Below, one piece after another: positions 1 to 9,679 of a stretch of DNA of 64,000 bases. How positions within the stretch are numbered: position 1 is the first letter of the stretch; each line of letters starts with the position of its first letter. Location of the stretch: NCBI GenBank assembly GCA_964369605.1, contig CAYJFD010000004.1, positions 2,027 through 66,026 on the forward strand, written 5' to 3'. The notes below the pieces were generated by a model. That model worked only from the letters and a program-made list of their open reading frames with translations. It ran no database searches and had not been told where the DNA came from. Origin of the DNA: an uncultured Muribaculaceae bacterium (GTDB taxonomy: Bacteria; Bacteroidota; Bacteroidia; Bacteroidales; UBA932). The position numbers and the translations under genes are program-made.

Positions 1-488
1 CGGAGTTTGGCTCATACACAGTTGGCGAAAGCGGTGCGACTATCTTCTCTATTCTAGATGTTAAGCAGCAAAATGACAGGGAACGCTGGTATATGATAGA
101 TAGCTCATTTATGACTACCCTACCTGATACTTGGGGTCTAAAGCAACGCTTCATCCTGCTCCCTATTAACAAATGGGAGAACGAGTACCAAAGAGTATTC
201 TTAGGAGGACTTACTTGTGATAGTCAGGATTATTATAATGCAGAGGCTCACGCCAATGCCATCTTCCTTCCAAGCATAAAAAGAGACGAAGAGGAACCAC
301 TATATTTAGGTTTCTTCCACACTGGTGCTTATCAGGAATCAGTAGGAGGCTACGGAGGAATACAGCACTGTCTTATGCCTGCTCCAAAACATATCATCAT
401 AAACAGAGATGAGAATGGAGAGTACTACACTAAGCTTTTCAGTAAAGAGCAAACATACAAATCTATGTTAAAAATCTTAGGATACTAA
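1..488 (+). CDS. speA: biosynthetic arginine decarboxylase, C-terminal fragment (5' end outside window)
   Basis: Frame is open from nt 3 to the stop at 488. The C-terminal block GFFHTGAYQESVGGYGGIQHCLMP resembles the conserved SpeA C-terminus. Recognised by eye only. Confidence 0.65.
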   Translation, partial: EFGSYTVGESGATIFSILDVKQQNDRERWYMIDSSFMTTLPDTWGLKQRFILLPINKWENEYQRVFLGGLTCDSQDYYNAEAHANAIFLPSIKRDEEEPLYLGFFHTGAYQESVGGYGGIQHCLMPAPKHIIINRDENGEYYTKLFSKEQTYKSMLKILGY

Positions 489-489
489 A

Positions 490-1200
490 ATGATCTCTAA
501 GTCAGAAATATCATTAGTTCGTTCGTTAAACCAAAAGAAATATAGGGATGCGAACGGACTTTTTGTTGTAGAAGGAGAAAAACTTGTTAATGAGGCTATC
601 AGTAGCAAGCAAGAGATTAAGCATATTTTCAAGATAGAGGATATCGGAGAAGAGAATATGAAAAAAATCAGTCACCTTAGCACCCCATCTCCTATTCTAG
701 CTGTTATTAAGAAACCTCAAAGAAAAGATATTGAATATAAGTGTTCTGGATTATCACTTGCGCTTGATTCAATCCGTGATCCAGGTAACCTTGGAACTAT
801 CATTCGCATAGCTGACTGGTTTGGCATAGACAGAATCTATGCATCAAAAGACACAGTAGATGTGTATAATTCAAAGGTTAGCCAAGCTTCTATGGGAGCG
901 ATTTTCCGAAAGGAAGTCATTTACACTTCTCTTGAGGACCTAGTAAACTTTTACCTAAAGAATGATGCTCAGGTATATGGAACTTTCCTAGATGGAGAGA
1001 ACATTTATAAAAAAGAGCTGAGTAGCGAAAAATCTTTGATTATTATGGGTAATGAAAGTCGTGGTATAAGCTCTGAACTTGACTCGATAATTAATCAGCG
1101 TCTTCTTATTCCGTGTTTTCCTATCGGAAGTCAATCATCAGAATCACTGAATGTAGCCATAGCATGCTCTATCGTGTGCTCGGAATTTAGAAGGCTCTAG
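490..1200 (+). CDS. TrmH/SpoU-family RNA 2'-O-methyltransferase
   Basis: SpoU motifs DPGNLGTIIRIADWFG, IIMGNESRGIS and ESLNVAIA. Starts 2 nt after the speA stop. Confidence 0.85.
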   Translation: MISKSEISLVRSLNQKKYRDANGLFVVEGEKLVNEAISSKQEIKHIFKIEDIGEENMKKISHLSTPSPILAVIKKPQRKDIEYKCSGLSLALDSIRDPGNLGTIIRIADWFGIDRIYASKDTVDVYNSKVSQASMGAIFRKEVIYTSLEDLVNFYLKNDAQVYGTFLDGENIYKKELSSEKSLIIMGNESRGISSELDSIINQRLLIPCFPIGSQSSESLNVAIACSIVCSEFRRL

Positions 1201-1741
1201 TTTTAAGATATTGCTCCAAACTTGGAGCAATACCATCCTTTGGGGAAACAACAGTATCCTCAGCACTTAAACCCCAATTTATAGCTAGCTTAGGGTCGGA
1301 CCACAATATCGCCCCTTCGTGACCAGGAGCATAAAATTCGTCACATTTATACTGTAAGATAGCTGTGTCACTAAGTGTACTAAATCCATGGGCAAAACCC
1401 TTTGGTATAAATAGCTGTTTATTATTTTCTTCGCTTAATTCAACACTGAAGTATTGTAAAAATGTGGGAGAATCCTCCCTTAAATCTACCGCAACATCTA
1501 ATATTCTCCCCTGAACACAGCGAACTAATTTACTCTGTGCCTTTGAGTTGAGTTGAAAGTGCAGTCCTCTTATCACTCCGTATTTAGATTTAGATTGATT
1601 CTCCTGAACGAAATGGATCTTACCAATTTTTTCATCAAACTCTCTTTGAGAAAATGATTCGTAAAAATACCCCCTGTCATCCCTAAAAATTTTAGGTTCA
1701 ATAAGATACAAGTCTTTTATATTCGTTTGAATTATGTCCAT
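1187..1741 (-). CDS. rfbC: dTDP-4-dehydrorhamnose 3,5-epimerase
   Basis: RGLHFQ and GFAHGF motifs with DDRGYF near the N-terminus. Start moved to the internal ATG at 1741 (MDIIQTNIKDLY) because the 1762 start would lie inside the predicted -7 box. Confidence 0.9.
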   Translation of the reverse strand: MDIIQTNIKDLYLIEPKIFRDDRGYFYESFSQREFDEKIGKIHFVQENQSKSKYGVIRGLHFQLNSKAQSKLVRCVQGRILDVAVDLREDSPTFLQYFSVELSEENNKQLFIPKGFAHGFSTLSDTAILQYKCDEFYAPGHEGAILWSDPKLAINWGLSAEDTVVSPKDGIAPSLEQYLKTRAF

Positions 1742-1808
1742 TTTTAATACTTTTGTAAGCACAAAGATAATTTATATATCTTTGTATACAATATATATAC
1801 ATAGAAGA

Positions 1809-4691
1809 ATGAAACGCTCAATATATCTAAAATTAATACTATCTATTTTTACACTTTTTAGTTTACAACTTTTTGCTCAAGAACAAGAGGTTAGCAGAGT
1901 CATAGACCCAGGCCAATTTAAAGATATCCAGGAATACACTCACTCCTATCTTAGACATAGTGCTGTGGTAAAAGACCCCATAAGAATAATTGAAGCTAGG
2001 ATTTTCACAAAAAAAAGATTGGAATTAACTTTCTCACGTAGTCTTTCTGAGTATCCACTAAGAGATGCAGATATAAAGATGATCTATGATATAGCTGAGG
2101 CATACATACCTGAAAAATTTGAAAAATATACCTTGATTCTTAAATGTATTAATAAAGACATTAATATTCTTTCCTCTGATTATTTCTCGAACCATAAAGA
2201 TACAAGATTCAAACATAAGTATGAAGAAGATGATAACTGGATTGAAGAAGCAGATCAAGTATATAAGATTAGCAAGGGCCTTAACGACAAGCATATTGCC
2301 TTGTGGCACTCTCACGGTTACTACTGGGAACAAGATGAAACTCGTTGGGAGTGGCAAAGAGCTAGACTGATGCTAACTGTAGAGGATCTCTTCACTCAAA
2401 GTTTTGTGCTGCCATATATTGCCCCTATGCTAGAAAACGCTGGAGCTAGAGTGATAATACCTAGAGAAAGGGACACACGAACTGAAGAGGTAATAGTGGA
2501 TGAAGTCGCTACTGGCTGGAAAAAAAGCGAATACCCTGGATTCGCTGACACAAAGGAATATTATGTTTTTGGAGAAAATCCTTTTACTATGGGTACTGCC
2601 TTCTATAGAGAAACTGTTCCATACAAACGAGAAGTAAAGAATATTTCAAATATCAGCTCGTATTTCTGGTATCCGGACATACCAGAGAGTGGGACTTATG
2701 GAGTATATATTAGTTATCAAAGCCTAGAAAATAGCAGTAAGTGCGCAGAATATATTTTGAACTATTCAGGAGGTGAAAAGACATTTATCATAGATCAAAC
2801 GATGGGAGGATCGACTTGGGTATATTTAGGTCACTATCCTTTCGATAAAGGTAAAACTGGTCAAGGATTGATTCTATTCAACTCTACTCCTAAAAAGCAC
2901 AAGCACGTTAAAGGTAGCGTTGTAAGCGCAGATGCTGCTCGTTTTGGAGGAGGTATGGGAAATATAGCTAGAGGCTATGAGGACAAAGTGAGTGGCTACC
3001 CTCGTTTTGCTGAGGCTTCCCGCTACTATCTTCAATGGTCAGGACTTGACACTAGTGTCTACTCTCCTACCGGTAATAAGAGTGACTATATAGACGATTA
3101 CACTTCAAGGGGACACTGGGTAAACTCCTTGATAGAAGACTATAATATTCCTATTGACCTTTCTCTTGCGATCCATACAGATGCAGGTGTAAAGCAGTCT
3201 GACACTATTGTAGGTACTCTTGCTATGTACTCTTCCTTATCCTACGAAGAAGAAAGTGAATATATCAATGGGGTATCAAGGGATATTGCTAGAGAATTTG
3301 CAGATATAGTGCAGACACAAATAATAAAAGATGTGGAGGCAAATTTCGATGTGGACTGGACACGCAGAGGCCTATGGGATAGGCGCTACTTAGAGACTAG
3401 AATACCAAAAGTTCCTGCGATACTAGTTGAAATGCTTTCGCATCAAAACCTAGCAGATATGAAGCTCGGACACGATCCTAAATTCAAATTTGTAATATCT
3501 CGCGCTATCTATAAAGGAGTCCTTAAGTTCCTAGCCTATAGTGAGGATGAAAAATATGTTGTTCAGCCACTTCCTGTTGAAAACTTTAGTATTGAGCTAG
3601 ATATAAAAGATAAGAACAATCAAGCAAATGCTATTCTTAGTTGGGATGAAGTACTAGATCCTCTAGAAAAGAGTGCCAAACCGTCTCATTACATTGTCTA
3701 CACCCGTAAGTCAGACCCCAAAGACAGCTTAACTCCTCTAAATAGTTTTGACCAAGGAATACTATGTAAGGACAATAAGCTTACTCTTGCTCTTAGTCCC
3801 GGTGTAATCTACTCATATAAAGTAGTAGCAGTAAATAAGGGTGGTCATAGCTTCCCTAGTGAAACTCTTTGTGCCTATATTTCTCCTGAGAACACTAAAA
3901 AAACAGCACTAATAGTTAACGCTTTCACACGCCTTGATGCACCTGAATCCTTTATGTCATTTGAGAATAATATGGCAGGTTTTAGAAGTGACTTTGATGC
4001 AGGTGTGCAATATGGCTACAGTACCTCATTGATAGGAGAGCAATATGAATACAATACGAATATACCTTGGAGAAGCGATGACGATCCCGGTTATGGTGCT
4101 AGCAGTAGTGAATACGAAACTAAAGTAATAGCTGGAAACACTATGGATTATCCTGTCCTCCACGCTAGAGCATTGGCCCTACTTGGATATAACGTAGCAT
4201 CTAGTAGTATCGGAGCAGAAAATAAAAATGAGTATACACTTATAGATTTGATACTAGGCAAAGAATTAGATATTCCAGAAAACGAAATAACCAATCTTAT
4301 TTCTAAGTGTGATAACTTTTTAATATCTGGTGAATATATTAGTGAAAACAATGAAGATTTCCTACATAGCACTTTACTAATAAACGATATGAAAGAATGG
4401 GCTTCTTCCGAAGGCAAGGTGATATCATCTCTAGATCCTAGCACTTCTTTTTCTTTCTACACTAAGCCAAATGAGGCTATATATTTTATTGAGTCACCAA
4501 GTGGATTTGATTCTGCTCTTCAAGACGGAGAAACTATTCTGGAGTATCCAGACACAGGAATTAGTGCAGGGGTAAAGAATCAAACTGACGATGTGACTAT
4601 ATTTGTTCTAGGTTTTCCTATAGAGTCCCTAAAAGAGCAAAGATCGATTAATACCCTATTTAGAACTATCCTTCTTTCTACAGATATCTAG
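1809..4691 (+). CDS. secreted multidomain protein with MurNAc-LAA (Amidase_3)-like and FN3-like domains
   Basis: Signal peptide MKRSIYLKLILSIFTLFSLQLFAQ at the internal ATG 1809. Amidase_3-like blocks LSLAIHTDAG and ILVEMLSHQN. FN3-like segment around YSYKVVAVNKGGHS. Confidence 0.6.
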   Translation: MKRSIYLKLILSIFTLFSLQLFAQEQEVSRVIDPGQFKDIQEYTHSYLRHSAVVKDPIRIIEARIFTKKRLELTFSRSLSEYPLRDADIKMIYDIAEAYIPEKFEKYTLILKCINKDINILSSDYFSNHKDTRFKHKYEEDDNWIEEADQVYKISKGLNDKHIALWHSHGYYWEQDETRWEWQRARLMLTVEDLFTQSFVLPYIAPMLENAGARVIIPRERDTRTEEVIVDEVATGWKKSEYPGFADTKEYYVFGENPFTMGTAFYRETVPYKREVKNISNISSYFWYPDIPESGTYGVYISYQSLENSSKCAEYILNYSGGEKTFIIDQTMGGSTWVYLGHYPFDKGKTGQGLILFNSTPKKHKHVKGSVVSADAARFGGGMGNIARGYEDKVSGYPRFAEASRYYLQWSGLDTSVYSPTGNKSDYIDDYTSRGHWVNSLIEDYNIPIDLSLAIHTDAGVKQSDTIVGTLAMYSSLSYEEESEYINGVSRDIAREFADIVQTQIIKDVEANFDVDWTRRGLWDRRYLETRIPKVPAILVEMLSHQNLADMKLGHDPKFKFVISRAIYKGVLKFLAYSEDEKYVVQPLPVENFSIELDIKDKNNQANAILSWDEVLDPLEKSAKPSHYIVYTRKSDPKDSLTPLNSFDQGILCKDNKLTLALSPGVIYSYKVVAVNKGGHSFPSETLCAYISPENTKKTALIVNAFTRLDAPESFMSFENNMAGFRSDFDAGVQYGYSTSLIGEQYEYNTNIPWRSDDDPGYGASSSEYETKVIAGNTMDYPVLHARALALLGYNVASSSIGAENKNEYTLIDLILGKELDIPENEITNLISKCDNFLISGEYISENNEDFLHSTLLINDMKEWASSEGKVISSLDPSTSFSFYTKPNEAIYFIESPSGFDSALQDGETILEYPDTGISAGVKNQTDDVTIFVLGFPIESLKEQRSINTLFRTILLSTDI

Positions 4692-6791
4692 TACTTCCTG
4701 GCCATACTTCTCAATAAATACCTCACCCACCCCTTTAATAGATGCTAAATCGTCAAGATTAAGTGGTAGAGTATTACTTATAGCTATCAAGGTTTTACTA
4801 TGTGTTATACAATATGCTGGTATTCCTAGGTGCTTAGACTGCTTACTGCGCCAAGCTCTTAGCTCCTCATAAATATCAATATTCGTAGACACATCCACCT
4901 CGTCTTCTGAAGTAATTCTATTTTTAGGTTTTGCTGCCTTAGGGAATAACTTTTCCTTTCTGGCATCCATAGTTTCTAAAATTATTTTTGCCTTATTCTC
5001 AAGAAAGGCTTGCATTTCAAAGCCATTCTCCGCAATATAGGCCCAAAGCTTTAGTTTTAGTGCTAGTTCTGACAAAAAGACAGTAATGTTTTCCTTATAC
5101 CTTTTTGATTTAACTTGTGAGTCAAAACTAAGAGAGGTAAATTTATGGAGCACTGGAACTATTGACTCATTTAGCTTAGAACTGAAGTAATTTGAGGCTT
5201 TTAAGAGTCTTTCTTTTAAATATGTATCTTCCTGATTCCCCTTTTTTACTAGCTTTACAAGAGTTCTATTAAATGTATTTGAAACAGTGAAAATCTCATC
5301 GTGTAAAATTTGTTTTAACGATGAGAACTCAGAGAATACTGTATCTGGGAGCTCAGTTACTGAATCTTTAAACAAAAAATAAAGAGACTCATAGTATATT
5401 TTTAGCACACTCAAATCAAAGACATCAACAAGTAACTGCTTGCAGAATTCATTCTTATCATCATCTAAATGAGCATCTGAAGGTAAAGCCTCTCGTACCT
5501 GCCCAGAAAATCCAGAAACCAAAGAATCACTAATTATGGAACTTGGCCCTATGGGAGATCTAAGAATTATTCCCTCTAGGCTCCTGCAGCGACTTAGAGC
5601 TACATATACCTGGCCATGACTAAAAGAGGCTTGTGCGTCGATTATTACATTATCAAATGTTAGACCTTGACTTTTATGGATGGTTATAGCCCAAGCTAAT
5701 TTAAGAGGATATTGATAGAATAAGCCCTCGATATCAGAAATAATTGATTTAGTGTTTTCATCTATCGTATATTTTAAATTTTCCCAAAAATCTATTTCTA
5801 CCGTAACCTCTTTTCCGTCTTGAGTTCGAACTAAAATATAGTCCTGATCTATTTCCTCGACTGTACCTAATGTTCCATTCACATAATCACGCTCAGGCTT
5901 TAGATCATTCTTTGTGAACATTACCTGCGCTCCGCATTTAAGATTTAATATGGGATCTTGGGGATACAAATATTCAGGGAAATTATCTACGATCTTTGCT
6001 TTAAATATATAATTTTCGCCCTCAAGCTCAGCTAGTTTTTTCTCATTAATAGAATCTGCTATCCTATTATGAGTTGTAAGAACAATACTATTTTGATAAT
6101 CACTAGGCTCTAGGTTCTTTTTATAACGAGAATTTAACTTTTCTCTCAAGGCCGTTGTCATCTTATTGTCACGTACAGCTTCTAATAAGTTAATGAATTC
6201 AGAGTCACTTTGTCTATATATTTTGTCTAATTCAATACTTATGTAGGGATTATTCGTCAGAACCTTACTATCAAAAAAATATGGAGAAGCATAATGACTT
6301 CTTAGCATGTCCCACTCTTGTTCTCTTACAACTGGAGGTAACTGATGAACATCTCCGATCATCAATACTTGCACCCCTCCAAACGGTAAAGGACTCTTTC
6401 TCACCCTTTTTAGTAGAGAATCTATTTGATCTAATAGATCTGCTCTAAGCATACTAACCTCATCGATAATAATTAATTCTAATGAACGTATTATCTTTAG
6501 TTTAGTTTTTCGTAGTTTCTGTCCTCCATTAGGCATAAAGGCCTGAGTATGTTCATAATCTGGCAAACATACACCAAAAGGTAATTGAAAGAATGAATGA
6601 AGTGTAAGTCCGCCAGCATTTATCGCAGCGATACCTGTTGGGGCTAATACGACTAATCTCTTTGGGGATGTTTTGACTATTTCTCTTAGAAATGTTGTCT
6701 TCCCTGTTCCTGCCCTTCCAGTTAGAAAGACATTTCTAGAAGTACAGTTAATATACTCCCTGGCTAGTTCTATCTTCTCGTTTACTTCCAC
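4656..6791 (-). CDS. Pif1/RecD-family SF1 DNA helicase with C-terminal HRDC-like domain
   Basis: Walker A GRAGTGKTT, IIIDEVSM, Pif1-type GDVHQLPPV and TIHKSQGLTFD. C-terminus YEELRAWRSKQSKHLGIPAYCITHSKTLIAIS..IKGVGEVFIEKYG matches the HRDC pattern by eye. Confidence 0.8.
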   Translation of the reverse strand: MEVNEKIELAREYINCTSRNVFLTGRAGTGKTTFLREIVKTSPKRLVVLAPTGIAAINAGGLTLHSFFQLPFGVCLPDYEHTQAFMPNGGQKLRKTKLKIIRSLELIIIDEVSMLRADLLDQIDSLLKRVRKSPLPFGGVQVLMIGDVHQLPPVVREQEWDMLRSHYASPYFFDSKVLTNNPYISIELDKIYRQSDSEFINLLEAVRDNKMTTALREKLNSRYKKNLEPSDYQNSIVLTTHNRIADSINEKKLAELEGENYIFKAKIVDNFPEYLYPQDPILNLKCGAQVMFTKNDLKPERDYVNGTLGTVEEIDQDYILVRTQDGKEVTVEIDFWENLKYTIDENTKSIISDIEGLFYQYPLKLAWAITIHKSQGLTFDNVIIDAQASFSHGQVYVALSRCRSLEGIILRSPIGPSSIISDSLVSGFSGQVREALPSDAHLDDDKNEFCKQLLVDVFDLSVLKIYYESLYFLFKDSVTELPDTVFSEFSSLKQILHDEIFTVSNTFNRTLVKLVKKGNQEDTYLKERLLKASNYFSSKLNESIVPVLHKFTSLSFDSQVKSKRYKENITVFLSELALKLKLWAYIAENGFEMQAFLENKAKIILETMDARKEKLFPKAAKPKNRITSEDEVDVSTNIDIYEELRAWRSKQSKHLGIPAYCITHSKTLIAISNTLPLNLDDLASIKGVGEVFIEKYGQEVLDICRKKDSSK

Positions 6792-6803
6792 GTTATACTT
6801 AGA

Positions 6804-7703
6804 CTAGTTTCTATTCGCAATATAAATATAGTAAACGGTTTCCAATCTCTCAGGCTGGACGCTATCTGGACTTTGACCATCGTAAGTAAAACTTGTATAC
6901 TTACTAATTTTCCAAACCATGCTTTCAGAATCATATTCTGCCTCATAGCGTTTATTTAACCTATTCCAAAAACCAGAATGAGATTTTTCTTCAATGCTTA
7001 GAAGAGAAATAATGTTTGAGCTCTGACTCCCCTTTTTCTTGATTAGATTAGCAAAATCAAAACGCTCCTGATCTCCTACAGTTATTATAGCATTTATATC
7101 TAAATTATAATTATTTTCTATTTCACTGTAGGTAAAATTTGTGGTAAAGATATTTGCATCTACTTGTGAAGGAGTATGCGTTCTGTTTATAATTTGTACT
7201 AAATTATCTTCGTCCCAAGTATATGTATCATCGGAGCTAGTACTCTCCTTACCTACATTAGTACTTTGCATATTACTCCTTTCTAGTTTCTGTTCAGAAT
7301 TGTAAAAATACTCACGAGTGATTTCAAATATAAACTCATCAGAATTAAGTACTTCTATTCTTTTTGAATACTCACTTTTAACCTTGTTGTTCTCCCCTAA
7401 TATACAGTGAAGATTATCACTTTGCTCTGAATGACTTAGACTAGAAATTAGGATACTATCTTCTGAGTAGATAACAGACATTCTCTTTGAGGTATTTCTT
7501 GTAGAGGCCACCCATACTAGTCTGTTCTTACTATCGTAATTAAGTTGGAATTTTTCGATTTCCCCATCTAGGTACTCTACCTCTATTCGTTCAATATATT
7601 GTCCAAATTCACCATTCTTGTCTTTTTGACAAGCTGTGTTAAATAGTAAGAATAATGCCGTAATAAATATATATTTAATCATAATCTTTATTTTGCTGTA
7701 CAT
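6804..7703 (-). CDS. lipoprotein of unknown function (YD-like repeats)
   Basis: Signal peptide plus lipobox FNTAC. Contains degenerate Y-D/N repeats (LNYDSKNRL, FYNSEQKL, YTWDEDNL). Alternative start at 7682 (MIKYIF). Confidence 0.6.
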   Translation of the reverse strand: MYSKIKIMIKYIFITALFLLFNTACQKDKNGEFGQYIERIEVEYLDGEIEKFQLNYDSKNRLVWVASTRNTSKRMSVIYSEDSILISSLSHSEQSDNLHCILGENNKVKSEYSKRIEVLNSDEFIFEITREYFYNSEQKLERSNMQSTNVGKESTSSDDTYTWDEDNLVQIINRTHTPSQVDANIFTTNFTYSEIENNYNLDINAIITVGDQERFDFANLIKKKGSQSSNIISLLSIEEKSHSGFWNRLNKRYEAEYDSESMVWKISKYTSFTYDGQSPDSVQPERLETVYYIYIANRN

Positions 7704-9400
7704 AAGTCACATATTTTGCAAGGAAGACCTGTTGTTTCTCCAAAGTATAATAATAAACGCTGGCTTCTGCACATCGGAGAGTTTAAATCCTGCTCAGTGC
7801 TTGCATAAGAGATTATAGCGTTCATCTTTTCAAGGTAGCGTTGCTCTCTATGATCATAGTCTTTTTTTGAAATATACAGATTTCCTGGGACTAAGCGTTC
7901 ATTTATAAAGGAAATTAACGGCGAATGAGACCTAGGTATATATTTAATTATTTTCATCTTTGCGAGAGTTTTTAGTTTATGTTCTACCGCCGCTTGAGAA
8001 TCTCTCAATGCCCTCGCTATAAAAGTTTCATCGATTGACACATAATTAGAAAAAAGTGCAGGGTATATCCTCATTACACCCTTAATTAAGGTGTCTAAGT
8101 CTGGGTTATTTAATTGTATTTTATATAACTCATCCCTATTTACACTGAATGTCATTCTACTTGGATTATCTATTTCCTCTGTAAAAATCCAGTAATTACA
8201 TATTTCGATATATTTTATTGCATAATATGCTCTTGCTGTATGTAGTTGGTATTTTTTTGCAAAATCTTCTAAACTAAATTTATAGGTAGAACCTTTTCCA
8301 TCTTCGTAAGCTATGGATAGATACATAAATACCTTTTGGTAAATATCCTTTATGAAATCTATTTCAGGAAAATTCACATTATGTACCTGCTTAAGCCTTT
8401 TTATATCAGAGTCATTCCATAGTAGAACCGCATAGGATTTATTTCCATCTCTTCCTGCCCTTCCAGCTTCCTGATAATATGCCTCTATCGACTCTGGCAT
8501 ATCAAAGTGACATACAAATCTTACATCTGGTTTATCTATTCCCATTCCAAAGGCATTAGTAGCTACCATTATTCTAAGCTCTCCTTTTTTCCATCGATCT
8601 TGTTTATCGGATCTCATATTTGAACTTAGTCCAGCATGGTAAAAGTCAGCCTCTATCCCCATAGATGCAAGGAATGCTACTAATTCTTCTGCTTTAGCAC
8701 GTTTTCTTACATAAACTATACCTGAACCAGGTACTGAATTACATATTTGAATTAAGCGACCATACTTATCCTCAATTTTTCTAACTATATAGACTAGATT
8801 TGACCTAAAAAAAGTGGATAGTATTTTATTACTTTCTTTAAATCCGAGTTTTTCCTGAATGTCCTGTGATACTTTTTCTGTTGCTGTAGCAGTCAGGGCT
8901 ATAACTGGCACATCTGGTAATTGTTCTCTAAGCTTAGATATTTGTAAGTATTCAGGTCTAAAATCATAGCCCCACTGCGAGATACAATGAGCCTCGTCTA
9001 CAACGATGTAGTTTACATTCATTTTTTCGACCCTTGTCTTGAATATTCTTGTCCTTAACCTTTCAGGTGAAAGATATAGGAATTTATATTCACCATAAAT
9101 AGCATTGTCTAGAGTAATGTCTATTTCACGCGCTGTCATTGAAGAATTTATGCATAGCGCACTTATGCCTCTAGCTTTTAGATTCTGAACTTGATCCTTC
9201 ATCAAGGAAATTAGAGGAGTTACTACTAGCGCAATACCCTCTGTTGCCATACTTGGCACTTGGAAACAAATAGATTTCCCACCTCCCGTAGGAAGAATAG
9301 CTAGGGTATCCTTTTTATCTAGCGCAGAAGTAATTATATCTTCTTGTTTTGGGCGAAAAGAATCATACCCCCAGTACCTCTTCAAAATCTCTCTAATCAT
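7688..9400 (-). CDS. recQ: RecQ-family ATP-dependent DNA helicase (no HRDC; C-terminal Cys cluster)
   Basis: PTGGGKS, DEAHCISQWGYDFRPEY, TATAT, ATNAFGMGIDKPDVRFV and QEAGRAGRDG. C-terminal CRSQ..CKICDLC. Confidence 0.9.
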   Translation of the reverse strand: MIREILKRYWGYDSFRPKQEDIITSALDKKDTLAILPTGGGKSICFQVPSMATEGIALVVTPLISLMKDQVQNLKARGISALCINSSMTAREIDITLDNAIYGEYKFLYLSPERLRTRIFKTRVEKMNVNYIVVDEAHCISQWGYDFRPEYLQISKLREQLPDVPVIALTATATEKVSQDIQEKLGFKESNKILSTFFRSNLVYIVRKIEDKYGRLIQICNSVPGSGIVYVRKRAKAEELVAFLASMGIEADFYHAGLSSNMRSDKQDRWKKGELRIMVATNAFGMGIDKPDVRFVCHFDMPESIEAYYQEAGRAGRDGNKSYAVLLWNDSDIKRLKQVHNVNFPEIDFIKDIYQKVFMYLSIAYEDGKGSTYKFSLEDFAKKYQLHTARAYYAIKYIEICNYWIFTEEIDNPSRMTFSVNRDELYKIQLNNPDLDTLIKGVMRIYPALFSNYVSIDETFIARALRDSQAAVEHKLKTLAKMKIIKYIPRSHSPLISFINERLVPGNLYISKKDYDHREQRYLEKMNAIISYASTEQDLNSPMCRSQRLLLYFGETTGLPCKICDLCTAK

Positions 9401-9679
9401 ATATGCTCTTCATTAATACATAGACAAAGATACACTAGATTTTCTAAATACTAACACTTGCTAGAAAAAAGAAACTATATTTATTTGCATCTATTACTCT
9501 TCTATTTATTGTAATCATTTACAATTTTCACATTCATATTACCAACAAGAAATATGACTATAGATTTTCCTTTTTATGTGTCCAATGCAGGTCTAGGGAA
9601 TATTTATTAACTTTTTTTTCGTTATTACTAAATAAATAATTAACATTGTTTGCTAATACAACTAATAGAAACTATACTT

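Noticed and set aside
7636-7818. 60-aa plus-strand ORF spanning the recQ / lipoprotein junction.
   Set aside because: It is antisense to two well-supported minus-strand genes and its sequence is isoleucine-rich AT-bias noise.
4656-9400. Reading the RecQ + Pif1 helicase pair as an anti-phage defence system.
   Set aside because: There is no nuclease, methylase, TIR, Sir2, protease or other effector partner, and no mobile-element or defence-island context. Both helicases carry full housekeeping-type motif sets.
9650-9679. N-terminal extensions offered by the ORF track: TTG start for pckA at 9650, TTG for ligA at 57608, and long starts for rpoD (44527), the MBL hydrolase (16873), rfbC (1762), the amidase-like gene (1734), the ferredoxin subunit (20547) and the alpha/beta hydrolase (56274).
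   Set aside because: Internal ATGs give N-termini that match the family consensus or a proper signal peptide ([34 protein letters not shown].. and others). The extensions also run into predicted promoter elements or upstream genes.
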